A stretch of 64,000 nucleotides of DNA from Candidatus Yanofskybacteria bacterium RIFCSPHIGHO2_01_FULL_44_24 (GTDB lineage Bacteria > Patescibacteriota > Minisyncoccia > 2-02-FULL-40-12 > GWA2-44-9), in NCBI GenBank assembly GCA_001794215.1, contig MGJK01000002.1:3310-67309 (forward strand), given 5' to 3'. Below are positions 1 through 12,648 of this stretch, in pieces. The notes under the pieces are model-generated. The model made no database searches. It saw only the letters and a program-made list of their open reading frames with translations, and was not told where the DNA came from. Position numbers and translations under genes: made by a program. Each line of letters starts with the position of its first letter. Within the stretch, counting starts at the first letter, position 1.

Positions 1-860
1 CTTCAGTGGGGAAGGTTAAATCAATGGAAAACTTTTTAGGCAAGCCGGTTTTTGAGTCTGTGCCTTCTGAGCCTGTCTTGATCACGGGCTGGTCATCGGC
101 CCCGGATATAGGCAAGAAATTCATTACGACCGAGTCAAAAGAAGAAGCTCTTAAGATTTCGGCGGCTAACGTAAACCTCGATCCCCTGTTTGTTTTTCTT
201 AAGGGTGAAAAAGAAAATCCTGAAGATCCCAAAAAGAAGATTTTGAATTTAGTAATTAAGTCAGACGTGTCGAGCTCTCTTGAGGCGATCGACACTTCCC
301 TGAAGGCGATTAAGTCAGATGAGGTGGAATTTAGGGTTATTACTTACGACATCGGTAATATTAATGAGGCAGATATCAAAACTGCCATTGGAGCAAAGGC
401 AGAGGTGATCGGTTTCAGGGTTGGCGTAGATGAATCGGTCAAAAAAATGGCGGAACGGGAGGGTGTTAAGATAGCTTCATTTGATATCATCTATCAGCTG
501 ATAGAATTTGTCCGGAAAGAAATGGCCGGGTTGCTTGATCCGGAAATAAAGAAGATTCCGTTGGGAAAACTTAAAATCCTGGCAGTTTTCAAAAAGGATC
601 CAAAGTGGCAAATTGTTGGCGGAAAGGTTGTGTCAGGAAAAATTATGCGAGGAGCGATGGCTGATGCCTTAAGGGGCAACGTCGCGATCGGTAGCGGTAA
701 GATAAGCCAGCTCCAACATAACAAAGAGGACACTCAGGAGGTAAAAGAGGGCTTCGAGTGCGGTATAAGATTTGATACTGCAGGCAAGGAATTCAAAGAG
801 ATTAAGGTCGGCGATATTCTGGATGTATATGAAGAAGAGAAATTAGCTAGGTCATTGTAA
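1..860 (+). CDS. infB: Translation initiation factor IF-2, C-terminal part (5'-truncated by window)
   Basis: IF-2 domain III/IV motifs: IKSDVSSSLEAI, GNINEADI, IIYQLIE, EVKEGFECGI. Confidence 0.95.
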   Translation, partial: SVGKVKSMENFLGKPVFESVPSEPVLITGWSSAPDIGKKFITTESKEEALKISAANVNLDPLFVFLKGEKENPEDPKKKILNLVIKSDVSSSLEAIDTSLKAIKSDEVEFRVITYDIGNINEADIKTAIGAKAEVIGFRVGVDESVKKMAEREGVKIASFDIIYQLIEFVRKEMAGLLDPEIKKIPLGKLKILAVFKKDPKWQIVGGKVVSGKIMRGAMADALRGNVAIGSGKISQLQHNKEDTQEVKEGFECGIRFDTAGKEFKEIKVGDILDVYEEEKLARSL

Positions 861-904
861 ATATAAATCTTGCAGTACATATCATTACCACCTATAATTA
901 GTTA

Positions 905-1633
905 ATGGGGATAAGATACAGAGTTAATGAGGCGTTCTTTGATAGGTGGAGCCCGAAAATGGCATATGTTTTAGGGTATTGGTATGCCGACGGTTCAATA
1001 TATCCATCAGCTCGAGGCAGTTATCTAAGCGCAACGAGTATTGATAGGGAGATTATTTATAAGATTAAAGATTGGTTAAAATCAGAACATACGATTAGAG
1101 AAGAAAAGCCCGCCGGGTTAAATAGAAAAACTAGGTTTATTTTAAGAATAGGAAATAAAAGTTTATATAATGCTCTTCGAAAATTGGGTATTTATCCAAG
1201 TAAGTCATTGACAGTAAAGTTTCCGAATATCCCAAGTCATTTTTTAAGTCATTTTGTGAGAGGCTATTTTGATGGAGATGGGTGTATATTTCTAGAAATG
1301 AGGAAAGGTATAACCAGAGATCGGATTATAAAGAGACTGTCGGCAATATTTACCTCGGGTAGCCAGAATTTTCTAGTAGAGTTATGTAAATTGCTTGGAC
1401 GCTCATTAAAACTTAAGCAGAGCAAGATTTACAGAGGCCATCGATCTTATCAGTTAAGGTATTTTACCTCTGATAGTATAGAGTTATTTAAATTTATGTA
1501 TGGAAACTGCAGTAGGGGCGCCTATCTGACAAGAAAATTCGACTATTTTGGAAGATATTTTAAGTTACGTCCGCAAAAGTTAGATGTTAGTATTAAAAAA
1601 ATACTTGATAAACATGGCCACGTGGCGAAGTAG
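905..1633 (+). CDS. Free-standing double-motif LAGLIDADG endonuclease-like protein
   Basis: Two LAGLIDADG-type helices (AYVLGYWYADGS; HFVRGYFDGDG). Basic protein. TTGCAG-N17-TATAAT promoter ends 6 nt before the ATG. Confidence 0.85.
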   Translation: MGIRYRVNEAFFDRWSPKMAYVLGYWYADGSIYPSARGSYLSATSIDREIIYKIKDWLKSEHTIREEKPAGLNRKTRFILRIGNKSLYNALRKLGIYPSKSLTVKFPNIPSHFLSHFVRGYFDGDGCIFLEMRKGITRDRIIKRLSAIFTSGSQNFLVELCKLLGRSLKLKQSKIYRGHRSYQLRYFTSDSIELFKFMYGNCSRGAYLTRKFDYFGRYFKLRPQKLDVSIKKILDKHGHVAK

Positions 1634-1688
1634 CAAACGCATCGGTCTGCAAAACCGACATTCGTGGGTGCAAGTCCCATCGTGGCCT
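1616..1688 (+). tRNA. tRNA-Cys(GCA)
   Basis: Acceptor GGCCACG/CGTGGCC, anticodon arm TCGGT-CTGCAAA-ACCGA, T arm GTGGG-TGCAAGT-CCCAT, U73 discriminator. Confidence 0.95.
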
Positions 1689-1763
1689 CAAGTTATGAAA
1701 ATACCACCCCAACCTATTGCCGAAATTTATCCGAATAATTTGTCGACAGGTTATCAAAAGAAT

Positions 1764-2765
1764 ATGATTTATAAAAATATCTTAGTCACCGGCGGATGCG
1801 GGTTTATAGGCAGTCACTTTATACGTTATTTAGTCGATAGATATCCAAACGCTAATATAGTAAACGTTGATTTGCTGACTTACTGCGGGAACCCCGAGAA
1901 TGTTAAAGATGTTTCAACCCATCCCCGTTACAAGTTCTATAGAGCCGATATAGGCGATTTCAAGGCGATGCGGGATATATTAAATCAGCATCAGATTGAG
2001 TGTATAGTTAACTTTGCGGCCGAATCCGATAATAATAAGGCCGTACTATCCCCCGCTGACTTTATCCGTACCAATGCTTTTGGTACGGGCATTCTTCTTG
2101 AAGCGGCTCGCCAGTCCGAGACTATTAAAAGATTTCATCATATTTCAACCTGTGAAGTATTCGGTCAGCTTCCTCTGAAAAGCAAGTCAAAATTCAAGGA
2201 AAATTCTCCATACCAGCCTCGAACTCCCTACAATGCTTCAAAGGCCTCGGGTGATTTGGTAGCTAAGAGCTATTACCACACCTTCGGACTTCCGGTCACG
2301 ATAAGTTATTGTGCAAATAATTACGGGAGTCACCAGTTTCCGGAGAAAGTCATACCGGTTTTTGCCATCAGAGCCCTGAAAAACGAACCTCTCCCGGTCT
2401 TTAAATCCTCAGGCAATAAGAGAGAGTGGATTCACGTTTCTGATCATTGCCGGGCCATAGACTTGATTTTAGAAAAAGGAAAAGTCGGGGAAGCCTATAA
2501 TATCGGAACCGGTTTAGAAAAAACAGTTACTAATATCGCAGACGATATCTTAAAGATATTAAAAAAGCCCCAGACTCTGAAGCGAGTTGTCCCTGATCGT
2601 CCCGGTCACGATTCAAGATATCTTCTGGATTCCTCAAAGATGAAGAAACTTGGCTGGAAGCCTAAGGTTAGCTGGAAGGACGGCTTTGCAGAAACAGTAA
2701 ATTGGTACAAAGATAACTCGTCATGGTGGGAGCCGCTTTTGGCTAAATCTCATTCGTGGAAGTAG
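1764..2765 (+). CDS. rmlB: dTDP-glucose 4,6-dehydratase
   Basis: ILVTGGCGFIGS, HHISTCEVFG, PYNASKAS, NNYGSHQFPEKVIP, DRPGHDSRY. Start moved to ATG 1764 because the longer ORF overlaps the tRNA. Confidence 0.93.
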   Translation: MIYKNILVTGGCGFIGSHFIRYLVDRYPNANIVNVDLLTYCGNPENVKDVSTHPRYKFYRADIGDFKAMRDILNQHQIECIVNFAAESDNNKAVLSPADFIRTNAFGTGILLEAARQSETIKRFHHISTCEVFGQLPLKSKSKFKENSPYQPRTPYNASKASGDLVAKSYYHTFGLPVTISYCANNYGSHQFPEKVIPVFAIRALKNEPLPVFKSSGNKREWIHVSDHCRAIDLILEKGKVGEAYNIGTGLEKTVTNIADDILKILKKPQTLKRVVPDRPGHDSRYLLDSSKMKKLGWKPKVSWKDGFAETVNWYKDNSSWWEPLLAKSHSWK

Positions 2766-2767
2766 CG

Positions 2768-3646
2768 ATGAAATACAAAAGGCCAAAGATATATGTTCTT
2801 GGAGCAAGTGGGTTTTTGGGTTCCAGGTTCGTGGATTATATGAAGGGTAAAGAATTTGAAATTATAACAGAAAAACTTGATATTACTGATTTATCTAATC
2901 TTCGTAAATCATTCAAAAAAATAAAACCCGATGTGGTTATTAACTTTGCAGGAGTAAGGGCTCATCCAAATATTGACTGGTGCGAGGACCATAAGATAGA
3001 GACTGTTCAGGTAAATGTTACGGGTGCGGCCAATGCCATGCTCGCTTCTTTAGAGATTGGTTCATACCCGATCCAGATATCGTCAGGATGTATTTATTCG
3101 GGCGGGATAGAGTCTGAATTTACTGAAGATGATCAGCCTAATTTTTATGGAAGTTTTTATTCGAGAATGCGAATAGTTATGCAGGACTTACTAAAAGAAT
3201 TACCGGTATTGCAAGTCAGGATTAGGATGCCCATTTCATCATTTTTTCACCCTCGAAACACAATCACCAAGCTTATTTCTTATAAAAAGGTAATTTCGAT
3301 TCCTAATTCCGTGACCTTGATTGAGGATCTTTATCCGGCCCTTGAAAGATTAATTGATATTAAACCAACCGGTATTCTTAACTTAACTAATGAAGGCTAC
3401 ATAAGCCATGAGCAAATTCTGAAGGCCTACAAGAGAATTATTGATCCGGGACATAAATATCAACTGATTAGTCTTAATGAGCTGGACGGGCCCGGAGGAA
3501 TATTGAAAGCAAAACGCAGCAATTGTGTCCTATCTGCAAAGAAAGCCAAGGGTCTTGGTGTCGGTATGCCACGATTGACTGATGAGAGAATTGAGGAAAT
3601 AATGAGAAAATATAAAATCAACATAGCCCACAAGGCATCACTATGA
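2768..3646 (+). CDS. RmlD-family reductase, probably bifunctional dTDP-4-keto-6-deoxyglucose 3,5-epimerase/4-reductase (NRS/ER, UER1-like)
   Basis: GASGFLG Rossmann motif. KPDVVINFAG..HPNIDWCEDHK.ET..VNV.G and SSGCIY..PNFYGSFYS match the NRS/ER signature. No rmlC in the cluster. Confidence 0.75.
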   Translation: MKYKRPKIYVLGASGFLGSRFVDYMKGKEFEIITEKLDITDLSNLRKSFKKIKPDVVINFAGVRAHPNIDWCEDHKIETVQVNVTGAANAMLASLEIGSYPIQISSGCIYSGGIESEFTEDDQPNFYGSFYSRMRIVMQDLLKELPVLQVRIRMPISSFFHPRNTITKLISYKKVISIPNSVTLIEDLYPALERLIDIKPTGILNLTNEGYISHEQILKAYKRIIDPGHKYQLISLNELDGPGGILKAKRSNCVLSAKKAKGLGVGMPRLTDERIEEIMRKYKINIAHKASL

Positions 3647-4389
3647 AAGGAGTCATTCTTGCGGGAGGCCTGGGAACAAGATTGCGGCCTCTTACAAATA
3701 TAACCAATAAACACCTAATTCCGGTTTACAATAAACCGATGATTTTATATCCTCTTGAGACACTGATAAAATCAGGAATTAGAGACATTTTAATCGTTTC
3801 CGGCCGTGAACACGCCGGTCATTTTGTGGAATTTTTAGGATCCGGTAAAGAATACGGAGTCCGGTTAACCTATCGAGTTCAGGATGAGGCCGGCGGTATC
3901 GCTCAGGCGTTGTTACTGGCCGGAGACTTCGCTGATCGAAAACCTGTCATGGTTATTCTCGGGGACAATATCTTTGAAGATAATTTTTCTAAATATGTCA
4001 AAAGCTTTCGTAAAGGTGCCCGCATATTCTTGAAAAAGGTTCCGGATGCTAAACGATTTGGCGTTCCGGTGCTTGAAGGCAAAAACGTGGTTAATATTCT
4101 CGAAAAACCAATGCCACCCCCTAACGACCATGCCGTAACCGGAATATACCAGTACGACGGAGATGTTTTCAAAATCATTAAAAAACTAAGACCCTCTGAT
4201 AGGGGCGAGCTTGAGATTACCGACGTTAATAACGCCTATATAAAAAGAAGAAACCTTAAGGCCGAAATAGTGAGGGGTTTTTGGAGCGATGCCGGAACAT
4301 TTGACTCTTTAGCCCGGGCTACTCAATGGGCCCTTCGACAGTTCGATAAGATCACCGCAGGGAAGCTCAAGGGCAGACCCCTCAGATAA
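3643..4389 (+). CDS. rmlA: Glucose-1-phosphate thymidylyltransferase (short form)
   Basis: MKGVILAGGLGTRLRPLT..NKHLIPVYNKPMI, RGELEITDVN, WSDAGTFDSL. Confidence 0.93.
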   Translation: MKGVILAGGLGTRLRPLTNITNKHLIPVYNKPMILYPLETLIKSGIRDILIVSGREHAGHFVEFLGSGKEYGVRLTYRVQDEAGGIAQALLLAGDFADRKPVMVILGDNIFEDNFSKYVKSFRKGARIFLKKVPDAKRFGVPVLEGKNVVNILEKPMPPPNDHAVTGIYQYDGDVFKIIKKLRPSDRGELEITDVNNAYIKRRNLKAEIVRGFWSDAGTFDSLARATQWALRQFDKITAGKLKGRPLR

Positions 4390-4460
4390 TCCTCTAATGA
4401 GTTTTAGCGGTAAAGTTTTATTGAAAAACAGGAGAAAATAGGCTAATATTAACCAAAATT

Positions 4461-4544
4461 GCCGGCATGGCGGAATTGGCATACGCAACGCACTTAAGAT
4501 GCGTCGCCCGTAAGGGATTGTGGGTCCGACTCCCACTGCCGGCA
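4461..4544 (+). tRNA. tRNA-Leu(TAA)
   Basis: Acceptor GCCGGCA/TGCCGGC, anticodon arm ACGCA-CTTAAGA-TGCGT, long variable arm, A73. Confidence 0.95.
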
Positions 4545-4778
4545 CACTTCAACAAGCTGGTTCGACTTTCTTTAATTACATTCAGGGCAAGTTATTCACC
4601 ACAAGCTCAGTGTAAACCAAAAAGAAAAAGGTCTCTCCGAAGAGGACCTTTTCCGAACTTTCGTTCGGTTCGAGAGCCGAAGCTCTCTAATAGGAACTGA
4701 CCTAATAATACCATCTCCATTAATATATGCAACATATTCTTGTGGGTAACTTTTTACGCTTCATCTACGACTCCTTCT

Positions 4779-5333
4779 ATGTCTCTTTTTTACACTCGTA
4801 AAGGCGATAAAGGCAAGAGCTATGTCGGTAAAAGGTTTGTAAAGAAAACCTGTCTTGAGGTTGAAGCTCTTGGCGAACTCGACGAGTTGAATAGCCTTCT
4901 TGGTCTAATCAAGAGCGGAAGGGTAAGTAAAAAATTCCAGGGGCTTATTCATAATATTCAAGAGAATCTTTTTATAATCCAGTCTCGGGTGGCTAATGCA
5001 ATGCTGGGCGGAGCTTTTAAGGTCCCGGAATTTAAAAAAGAAAAAATAGACGAAGCCGAAGACATTATTGACCGCTTTGAGAAGTCCTTAAAACCGGCCA
5101 AGAAGTTTATTGTGTCCGGTATTAATCCCCTTTCCGCCTGGCTGGATCATGCTCGGGCGAAGTCTCGTCGCGTAGAACGCAGTGTTTTGAAGATTATTAA
5201 TCCAAGAAGAAGAGCCATGCTCAATCCGGAAATTCTTGCCTACCTCAATCGCTTGTCGAGCCTCCTCTTTGCTATGGCCAGGATGGCTGTCAAGGAGTCC
5301 GGCAAAAAAGAAATTCACCCTACCTACCGGTAG
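4779..5333 (+). CDS. PduO-type ATP:cob(I)alamin adenosyltransferase
   Basis: YTRKGDKG, EALGELDELNS, RRVER, YLNRLSSLLFAMAR. Confidence 0.88.
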   Translation: MSLFYTRKGDKGKSYVGKRFVKKTCLEVEALGELDELNSLLGLIKSGRVSKKFQGLIHNIQENLFIIQSRVANAMLGGAFKVPEFKKEKIDEAEDIIDRFEKSLKPAKKFIVSGINPLSAWLDHARAKSRRVERSVLKIINPRRRAMLNPEILAYLNRLSSLLFAMARMAVKESGKKEIHPTYR

Positions 5334-5397
5334 GCTTGTTATAAATACCGGTTTTTTATATACTTTTCTCGAGTTCGTTTAAAAATGGAGTTTAACC

Positions 5398-6249
5398 TTG
5401 AAAAAAGCAATCTTGATAACCGTTTTGGCATTAGGGTCTGATATTTCAGTTGCCCAGAACCAGGACTTCAGGGTTCTCAATGATCAACTCATCGTCAAGC
5501 AGGGCCAGGTGCTGATTGTGGATGTTAATAAATATATACTTGCATCCGATATCGGAGTCTATGCTTTCGGCAGCACCTATACTCCAAATAAAAACGGCCG
5601 GACTTTTATAGGCGTTGATTCGGAGAAAGTTAAACCGGGTTTATATGTTGTCTACTTGGTTAATATGAAAGATGGTAGTTGGGTCGGGAGCCAATCTTCT
5701 CAGGTAGAGGTTCTAAGCGGAAGTTTGCCGGTAGTAAGAATTAACAAAAAATCGGCTTCTTCTCAGGTTGATTCGAAAAGAAGAGCAAAAGAATCTCAGC
5801 TGATATCAGGAGCCTATGCTCGCGGCAGTAAGTCGGAAGATTTTACGGATGGCGACTTTATTTATCCGCTGAAAGATCTGTTTATCACGGGGCCATTTGG
5901 TTTTCGGGCCTATTCGAATGCAACTTTTCTGCACAGGGGCGTTGATCTGAGAGCTACCGCAGGAACATCTGTTTTAGCAGTTAATTCAGGCAAGGTTGTT
6001 TTAGCTAAGACTAATTTCTCTTTGGAAGGTAATATGGTAATCCTCGATCACGGATCGGGCGTCTTCTCGATTTATATGCACTTGTCTCGAATTTTAGTCA
6101 AAGAAGGCCAGACCGTTAACAAGGGTCAGATTATTGCTCTATCCGGCAACACGGGATCTTCAACCGGCCCCCACCTCCACTTGGCTTTTAAGGTATCCGG
6201 CACTATAGTTGATCCATTCGGATCCATCGAGGTGATAAACAAATATTAA
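5398..6249 (+). CDS. Secreted M23 family metallopeptidase
   Basis: Signal peptide; HRGVD, GNMVILDHG, YMHL, STGPHLH zinc motifs. Confidence 0.9.
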   Translation: MKKAILITVLALGSDISVAQNQDFRVLNDQLIVKQGQVLIVDVNKYILASDIGVYAFGSTYTPNKNGRTFIGVDSEKVKPGLYVVYLVNMKDGSWVGSQSSQVEVLSGSLPVVRINKKSASSQVDSKRRAKESQLISGAYARGSKSEDFTDGDFIYPLKDLFITGPFGFRAYSNATFLHRGVDLRATAGTSVLAVNSGKVVLAKTNFSLEGNMVILDHGSGVFSIYMHLSRILVKEGQTVNKGQIIALSGNTGSSTGPHLHLAFKVSGTIVDPFGSIEVINKY

Positions 6250-6276
6250 AAAACCGACAGCGTAGTCGGTTTTTTT
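6248..6276. terminator. Bidirectional intrinsic terminator
   Basis: AAAAAACCGAC-agcgta-GTCGGTTTTTT between convergent genes. Confidence 0.8.
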
Positions 6277-6292
6277 GTTTGGGATTAGAGTT

Positions 6293-7195
6293 TTATTTTT
6301 TGTTATGAAAACGCTTATGAACCTCTCTTAACTGTTTATCGGTAACATGGGTATATATTTGGGTCGTAGTGACCGAAGCGTGACCGAGCATTTCTTGAAC
6401 GGAGCGTATATCTGCTCCGTTGCGAAGAAGGTCGGTGGCGTAGGAGTGCCTTATAGTATGGGGTGATATATTCTTTCCCATAATCCCGGCTTTTATCGAG
6501 TATTTTTTTACTATTCTTTGGATGCTTCGGGGCGTCAGGCGAAGATCGGCCTCGGAATTTTTTTTAGAAATCCTTATGAATAGAGCCTCGTCCACGTCGG
6601 TTCTCTTCTTTTCGTATTGATAAATTCTATTTTTGGCATCTTCGGAAAGAAAGACTAATCTTATCTTGCTGCCCTTGCCTATTACCGACAGCTCCCCGCG
6701 CTTTAAATCTATCTTTTCCCGATTCAATGAGCAAAGTTCCGACACCCGCATTCCTGTGCTGAAAAGGACGCTTAGTATTGCCCGATCTCTTAAGGCATCC
6801 AAGTTCTCCCCTTCCGGAGCATTAAGCAATCTTTCGAACTCCTCGTTCTCTAAAAAGGTTACTTCCCGGGCCTCTTGTTTGCCAAGTTCAATTTTTTCGG
6901 CCGGAACAGACTTGATTCCTATTTTTGCCAGGTATTTCAAAAAATTTCTCAGGGAAATGACATGATAATTCTGAGTGATTCTTTTCAGGGTTTTTCCATT
7001 AGTATCCCTTAGGCGGTTAATAAAAAGCCTGTATTGGCGTATCAAGTCCTCGGTTAAATCATCTGCGTTGTTTGTTTTGGCAAAGCTCAAAAAACGGTCG
7101 AGATATCGGCTGTAGTTTTCTATGGTTTTAGCCGAACGTCCTTTTTCTATTTCAAGGTATTCGAGGTATCGATTTTTCAGTTCTTTTAAGTCCAT
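6293..7195 (-). CDS. xerC: Tyrosine recombinase XerC/XerD family
   Basis: RDRAIL..LFSTGMRVSEL, GKGSK.R, SPHTIRHSYAT, VQEMLGHASVTTTQIYTHV. Confidence 0.88.
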   Translation of the reverse strand: MDLKELKNRYLEYLEIEKGRSAKTIENYSRYLDRFLSFAKTNNADDLTEDLIRQYRLFINRLRDTNGKTLKRITQNYHVISLRNFLKYLAKIGIKSVPAEKIELGKQEAREVTFLENEEFERLLNAPEGENLDALRDRAILSVLFSTGMRVSELCSLNREKIDLKRGELSVIGKGSKIRLVFLSEDAKNRIYQYEKKRTDVDEALFIRISKKNSEADLRLTPRSIQRIVKKYSIKAGIMGKNISPHTIRHSYATDLLRNGADIRSVQEMLGHASVTTTQIYTHVTDKQLREVHKRFHNKK

Positions 7196-7269
7196 GGTCG
7201 ATAGTGAAATAAGGCGCTTAAATAATGATGGGTCGCATAATCTAATTATATAGCAGATCCCATCGGGAT

Positions 7270-7296
7270 AAAAGGCCTCCGAATCGGAGGCCTTTT
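7270..7296 (-). terminator. Intrinsic terminator after ligA-gatC-gatA-orf operon
   Basis: AAAAGGCCTCCGA-a-TCGGAGGCCTTTT inverted repeat. Confidence 0.8.
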
Positions 7297-7348
7297 AAGT
7301 GTTTTATAACTGCTCAAACAAAAACCTCGGGCATAAGTCCGCGGGGAT

Positions 7349-7909
7349 TTATAGAATACCCAGTTCTTTTAGCGAGTCTTCGTATAGGTTGATCGCTCTT
7401 TTGGCTTCGGCATACCTTGCGAAGTATTTAGTGTCGTGGACTATAAGATTTCTGAGTTTATGGGCTTCCCAGAGGCCGTCGAGCGACTGAAGCCTAACCT
7501 TGTCTATATTTACCAAACGCTCCCCCATTGTTTCACCGGGATAGCCGGCCGCTTTCAGAATTTCATCAATTAATTTATCGGCTTCTATAACTGCAAATTT
7601 CCATTCCGCTTCTTTTACGGAATTGATATGCCGGACTATCTCTTCCCACCTGGCCGCTACCCCTGATCTGGCCGGGGTAAAAGGCAGGCTTTTTACTATT
7701 GATCCTCGCTTTGAATTCAGGCGCCTTATTCTCATTATCAGGTAGACCAGAAGAGCGAAGCAAATCGCCGATATTAAAAAAGAAAACGGCTTGATCCGGT
7801 CAGGACTCGGTGCGGCGTTAAATATCTGGGCAAAACCCAAATAATCAGCAGTGCCGTATAAAACGTCCCCAAGGTTCGAAAATATATTAGCTAATTCGTT
7901 GGTGTTCAT
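7349..7909 (-). CDS. Conserved membrane-anchored hypothetical protein (CPR-type)
   Basis: One TM segment; [38 protein letters not shown]; overlaps the gatA stop. Confidence 0.75.
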   Translation of the reverse strand: MNTNELANIFSNLGDVLYGTADYLGFAQIFNAAPSPDRIKPFSFLISAICFALLVYLIMRIRRLNSKRGSIVKSLPFTPARSGVAARWEEIVRHINSVKEAEWKFAVIEADKLIDEILKAAGYPGETMGERLVNIDKVRLQSLDGLWEAHKLRNLIVHDTKYFARYAEAKRAINLYEDSLKELGIL

Positions 7910-9303
7910 AAAACTTTTTCCAGCTGGTGAGCTGCATTGAGCAGGGTTTGCTCGTCAAAATGTTTTCCGATCATTTGGAACCCGATCGGCAGGCGGCTGT
8001 TTTTACCGAGCCCGGCCGGAATTGATATTCCGGGAAGGCCGGCTAAGTTCACGGGGACAGTATATACGTCCTCAAGATATAAAGAAAGAGGATCGGATGC
8101 CTTCTCCCCTATTTTGAAGGCTGTTGTCGGGGATGTGGGTCCGACTATGACATCGACTTTTCCGAAAGCTTCATCGAAGTCTTTTTTGATGAGCGCCCGT
8201 ACTTTTTGGGCTTTGAGGTAATAAGCGTCGTAATATCCGGATGACAAAGCATAGGCCCCGAGCATTATTCTTCTCTTTGGTTCCGGTCCGAATCCGTGAG
8301 ATCTTGATTCAAGATAAGTATCCGAAAGCGTCGATCCACCATGAGACGAATAGCCATAGCGGATTCCGTCAAAGCGGGCGAGATTAGAGGATACCTCGCT
8401 TGGCACTATGATGTAGTATGAAGCAAGAGCATATTCGAAATTTGGCAGGCTTATATCCGCAATCTCGCATCCTAAATCCTCGAGCTTGGCTATGGCGTAT
8501 CTTATTTTTTCCTCTACTTCCGAGCTCAGTCCTTCTCTGAAAAATTCTTTGGGTACCCCTATCTTCAAACCTTTTATATTTTTGTCGAGGTTTTTGGTAA
8601 AATCAGGCACTTCACGAGGAACGGTGGTTGAATCAAATTTATCGGTTCCGGCAATTATGCCCAGGACCAGAGCGGCATCGTAAACATTTTTTGTCAGCGG
8701 TCCGATCTGATCAAGCGAAGAAGCCATTGCAATCAGGCCATGGCGGGAAACGCGTCCATAGGTGGGCTTAAGCCCCACCACCCCGCACATGCTGGCAGGC
8801 TGTCTAACGGAACCGCCGGTATCGGAACCCAAGGCAAAAACGCACAGATCCGCGGCTACGGCCGCGGCCGAGCCGCCTGAAGATCCGCCGGGAACCCGTT
8901 TTACATCGTGAGGATTCTTCGTTGGTCCGAAAGCGGAGTTTTCAGTGGATGTTCCCATAGCAAATTCGTCTAAGTTTGTTTTTCCGAGAAATTGGACGCC
9001 GGATGACCTAAGCTTGCTAACGGCCGTCGCATCATAGGCGGATATGTAGTTTTCAAGTATTTTTGATCCGGCCGTAGCCGCCGTACCCTCTATCAGCATA
9101 TTATCTTTAATTGCGCACGGTACGGCGGATAGAGGCTGATCGGGTAGGATGTCGGTCCGGTTTTCAAAGACAGACAGGTAAGCATTCAGCTTGTTGTTTT
9201 CTATCTTTATCTTGGCGTTGTAATATTTGAAAATTTCTTCAGCGGAAAATTCACGTGTTTTTAATCCGGCCAAGATATCTTTTATTGTATAGTTTTTAGC
9301 CAT
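7906..9303 (-). CDS. gatA: Asp/Glu-tRNA amidotransferase subunit A
   Basis: [44 protein letters not shown]. Confidence 0.97.
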   Translation of the reverse strand: MAKNYTIKDILAGLKTREFSAEEIFKYYNAKIKIENNKLNAYLSVFENRTDILPDQPLSAVPCAIKDNMLIEGTAATAGSKILENYISAYDATAVSKLRSSGVQFLGKTNLDEFAMGTSTENSAFGPTKNPHDVKRVPGGSSGGSAAAVAADLCVFALGSDTGGSVRQPASMCGVVGLKPTYGRVSRHGLIAMASSLDQIGPLTKNVYDAALVLGIIAGTDKFDSTTVPREVPDFTKNLDKNIKGLKIGVPKEFFREGLSSEVEEKIRYAIAKLEDLGCEIADISLPNFEYALASYYIIVPSEVSSNLARFDGIRYGYSSHGGSTLSDTYLESRSHGFGPEPKRRIMLGAYALSSGYYDAYYLKAQKVRALIKKDFDEAFGKVDVIVGPTSPTTAFKIGEKASDPLSLYLEDVYTVPVNLAGLPGISIPAGLGKNSRLPIGFQMIGKHFDEQTLLNAAHQLEKVL

Positions 9304-9604
9304 TCTTATTTAAAACAGATTTTACTTTGATAAATCTTTTTTCTGAGCGAGGGGCTTGTCCTATCAGTTTTTCATTCAGTTTGTCGCTCATTTCAAAGTC
9401 AGCTCGATGCTTGTCGGGGCGGCCGGAATTAGTAAGGCCGGTTACTTGGTATAGGGGTTCAACATTTTCAGTATCGAGCTCATTCAGCTTATTGATGTAG
9501 TCAATAATCAAAGAGAGTTCCTTGCGGAACTTATCTTCTTCTGCCCCGGATATCCTGATTCTGGCCAGATTGGCTATATGTTTTATTTCTTTTTCAGAAA
9601 GCAT
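9296..9604 (-). CDS. gatC: Asp/Glu-tRNA amidotransferase subunit C
   Basis: [21 protein letters not shown]; directly upstream of gatA. Confidence 0.92.
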   Translation of the reverse strand: MLSEKEIKHIANLARIRISGAEEDKFRKELSLIIDYINKLNELDTENVEPLYQVTGLTNSGRPDKHRADFEMSDKLNEKLIGQAPRSEKRFIKVKSVLNKNG

Positions 9605-9630
9605 GTCTAAAAATTAGCATAATCAAAGGA

Positions 9631-12128
<2,498 letters not shown>

Positions 12129-12129
12129 A

Positions 12130-12648
12130 TTAGTTTAAAAGCTCCAGCGTTATGTCTCTTGATACGACAGTCGTTTGAAGATCGGCGCTGAAAACGCTAT
12201 TGCCGATTACGTTTCTTACAGATGCTATCATGGTCACTTTCGTTGATTGATTGTCGCCGTTCCCCGATCCCCCGTTTCCGGTTATGCAGAATTTGAAAGT
12301 ATCGAAGGTAACGTCGCTCGAGTTTAATACCGATCCGTTCTTCACGAGATTGCCCCCGCTCAAGCTGTAAGTGATCGAACCGCGGATGGGGTGGTCTATG
12401 CTTAAAGTTGTTGCGGTGCAGGCAGAGTTTGCGCTGGTTACTTCGCTGACTTGGATCTCTTTGATCATGGATTCGAAAACAAATATGATGTTTTCCTGAA
12501 CCTTTTGGGCAGATCTTCCCCCGCGCTCTATCTGTACAGATTTACCGAATATGCCCGTGACGGCCAAAAGAGTAACAGAAAAAACGAAAGCTGCAACAAT
12601 CAACTCTATCACGGTGAAGCCTCTATTGTTCGGGGTAGATTTGATCAT
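12130..12648 (-). CDS. Type IV minor pilin (PilW-like)
   Basis: Prepilin motif NRG|FTVIELIV. Confidence 0.85.
   Translation of the reverse strand: MIKSTPNNRGFTVIELIVAAFVFSVTLLAVTGIFGKSVQIERGGRSAQKVQENIIFVFESMIKEIQVSEVTSANSACTATTLSIDHPIRGSITYSLSGGNLVKNGSVLNSSDVTFDTFKFCITGNGGSGNGDNQSTKVTMIASVRNVIGNSVFSADLQTTVVSRDITLELLN

Noticed and set aside
1584-1763. N-terminal ORF-track extensions of rmlB (likewise 23418, 25435, 26399, 39928, 46884, 56499, 57424)
   Set aside because: They overlap tRNAs, a riboswitch, a MITE or promoters. Downstream starts fit the family N-termini and SD or -10 signals.
4620-4700. Hairpin cluster downstream of tRNA-Leu
   Set aside because: Explained well enough as a terminator plus short palindromic repeats (similar to 21480-21540). 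No evidence for a distinct RNA.
6293-7195. Integron or phage integrase
   Set aside because: It has typical Xer length and motifs, sits in a housekeeping context, and shows no IntI patch or attC array.
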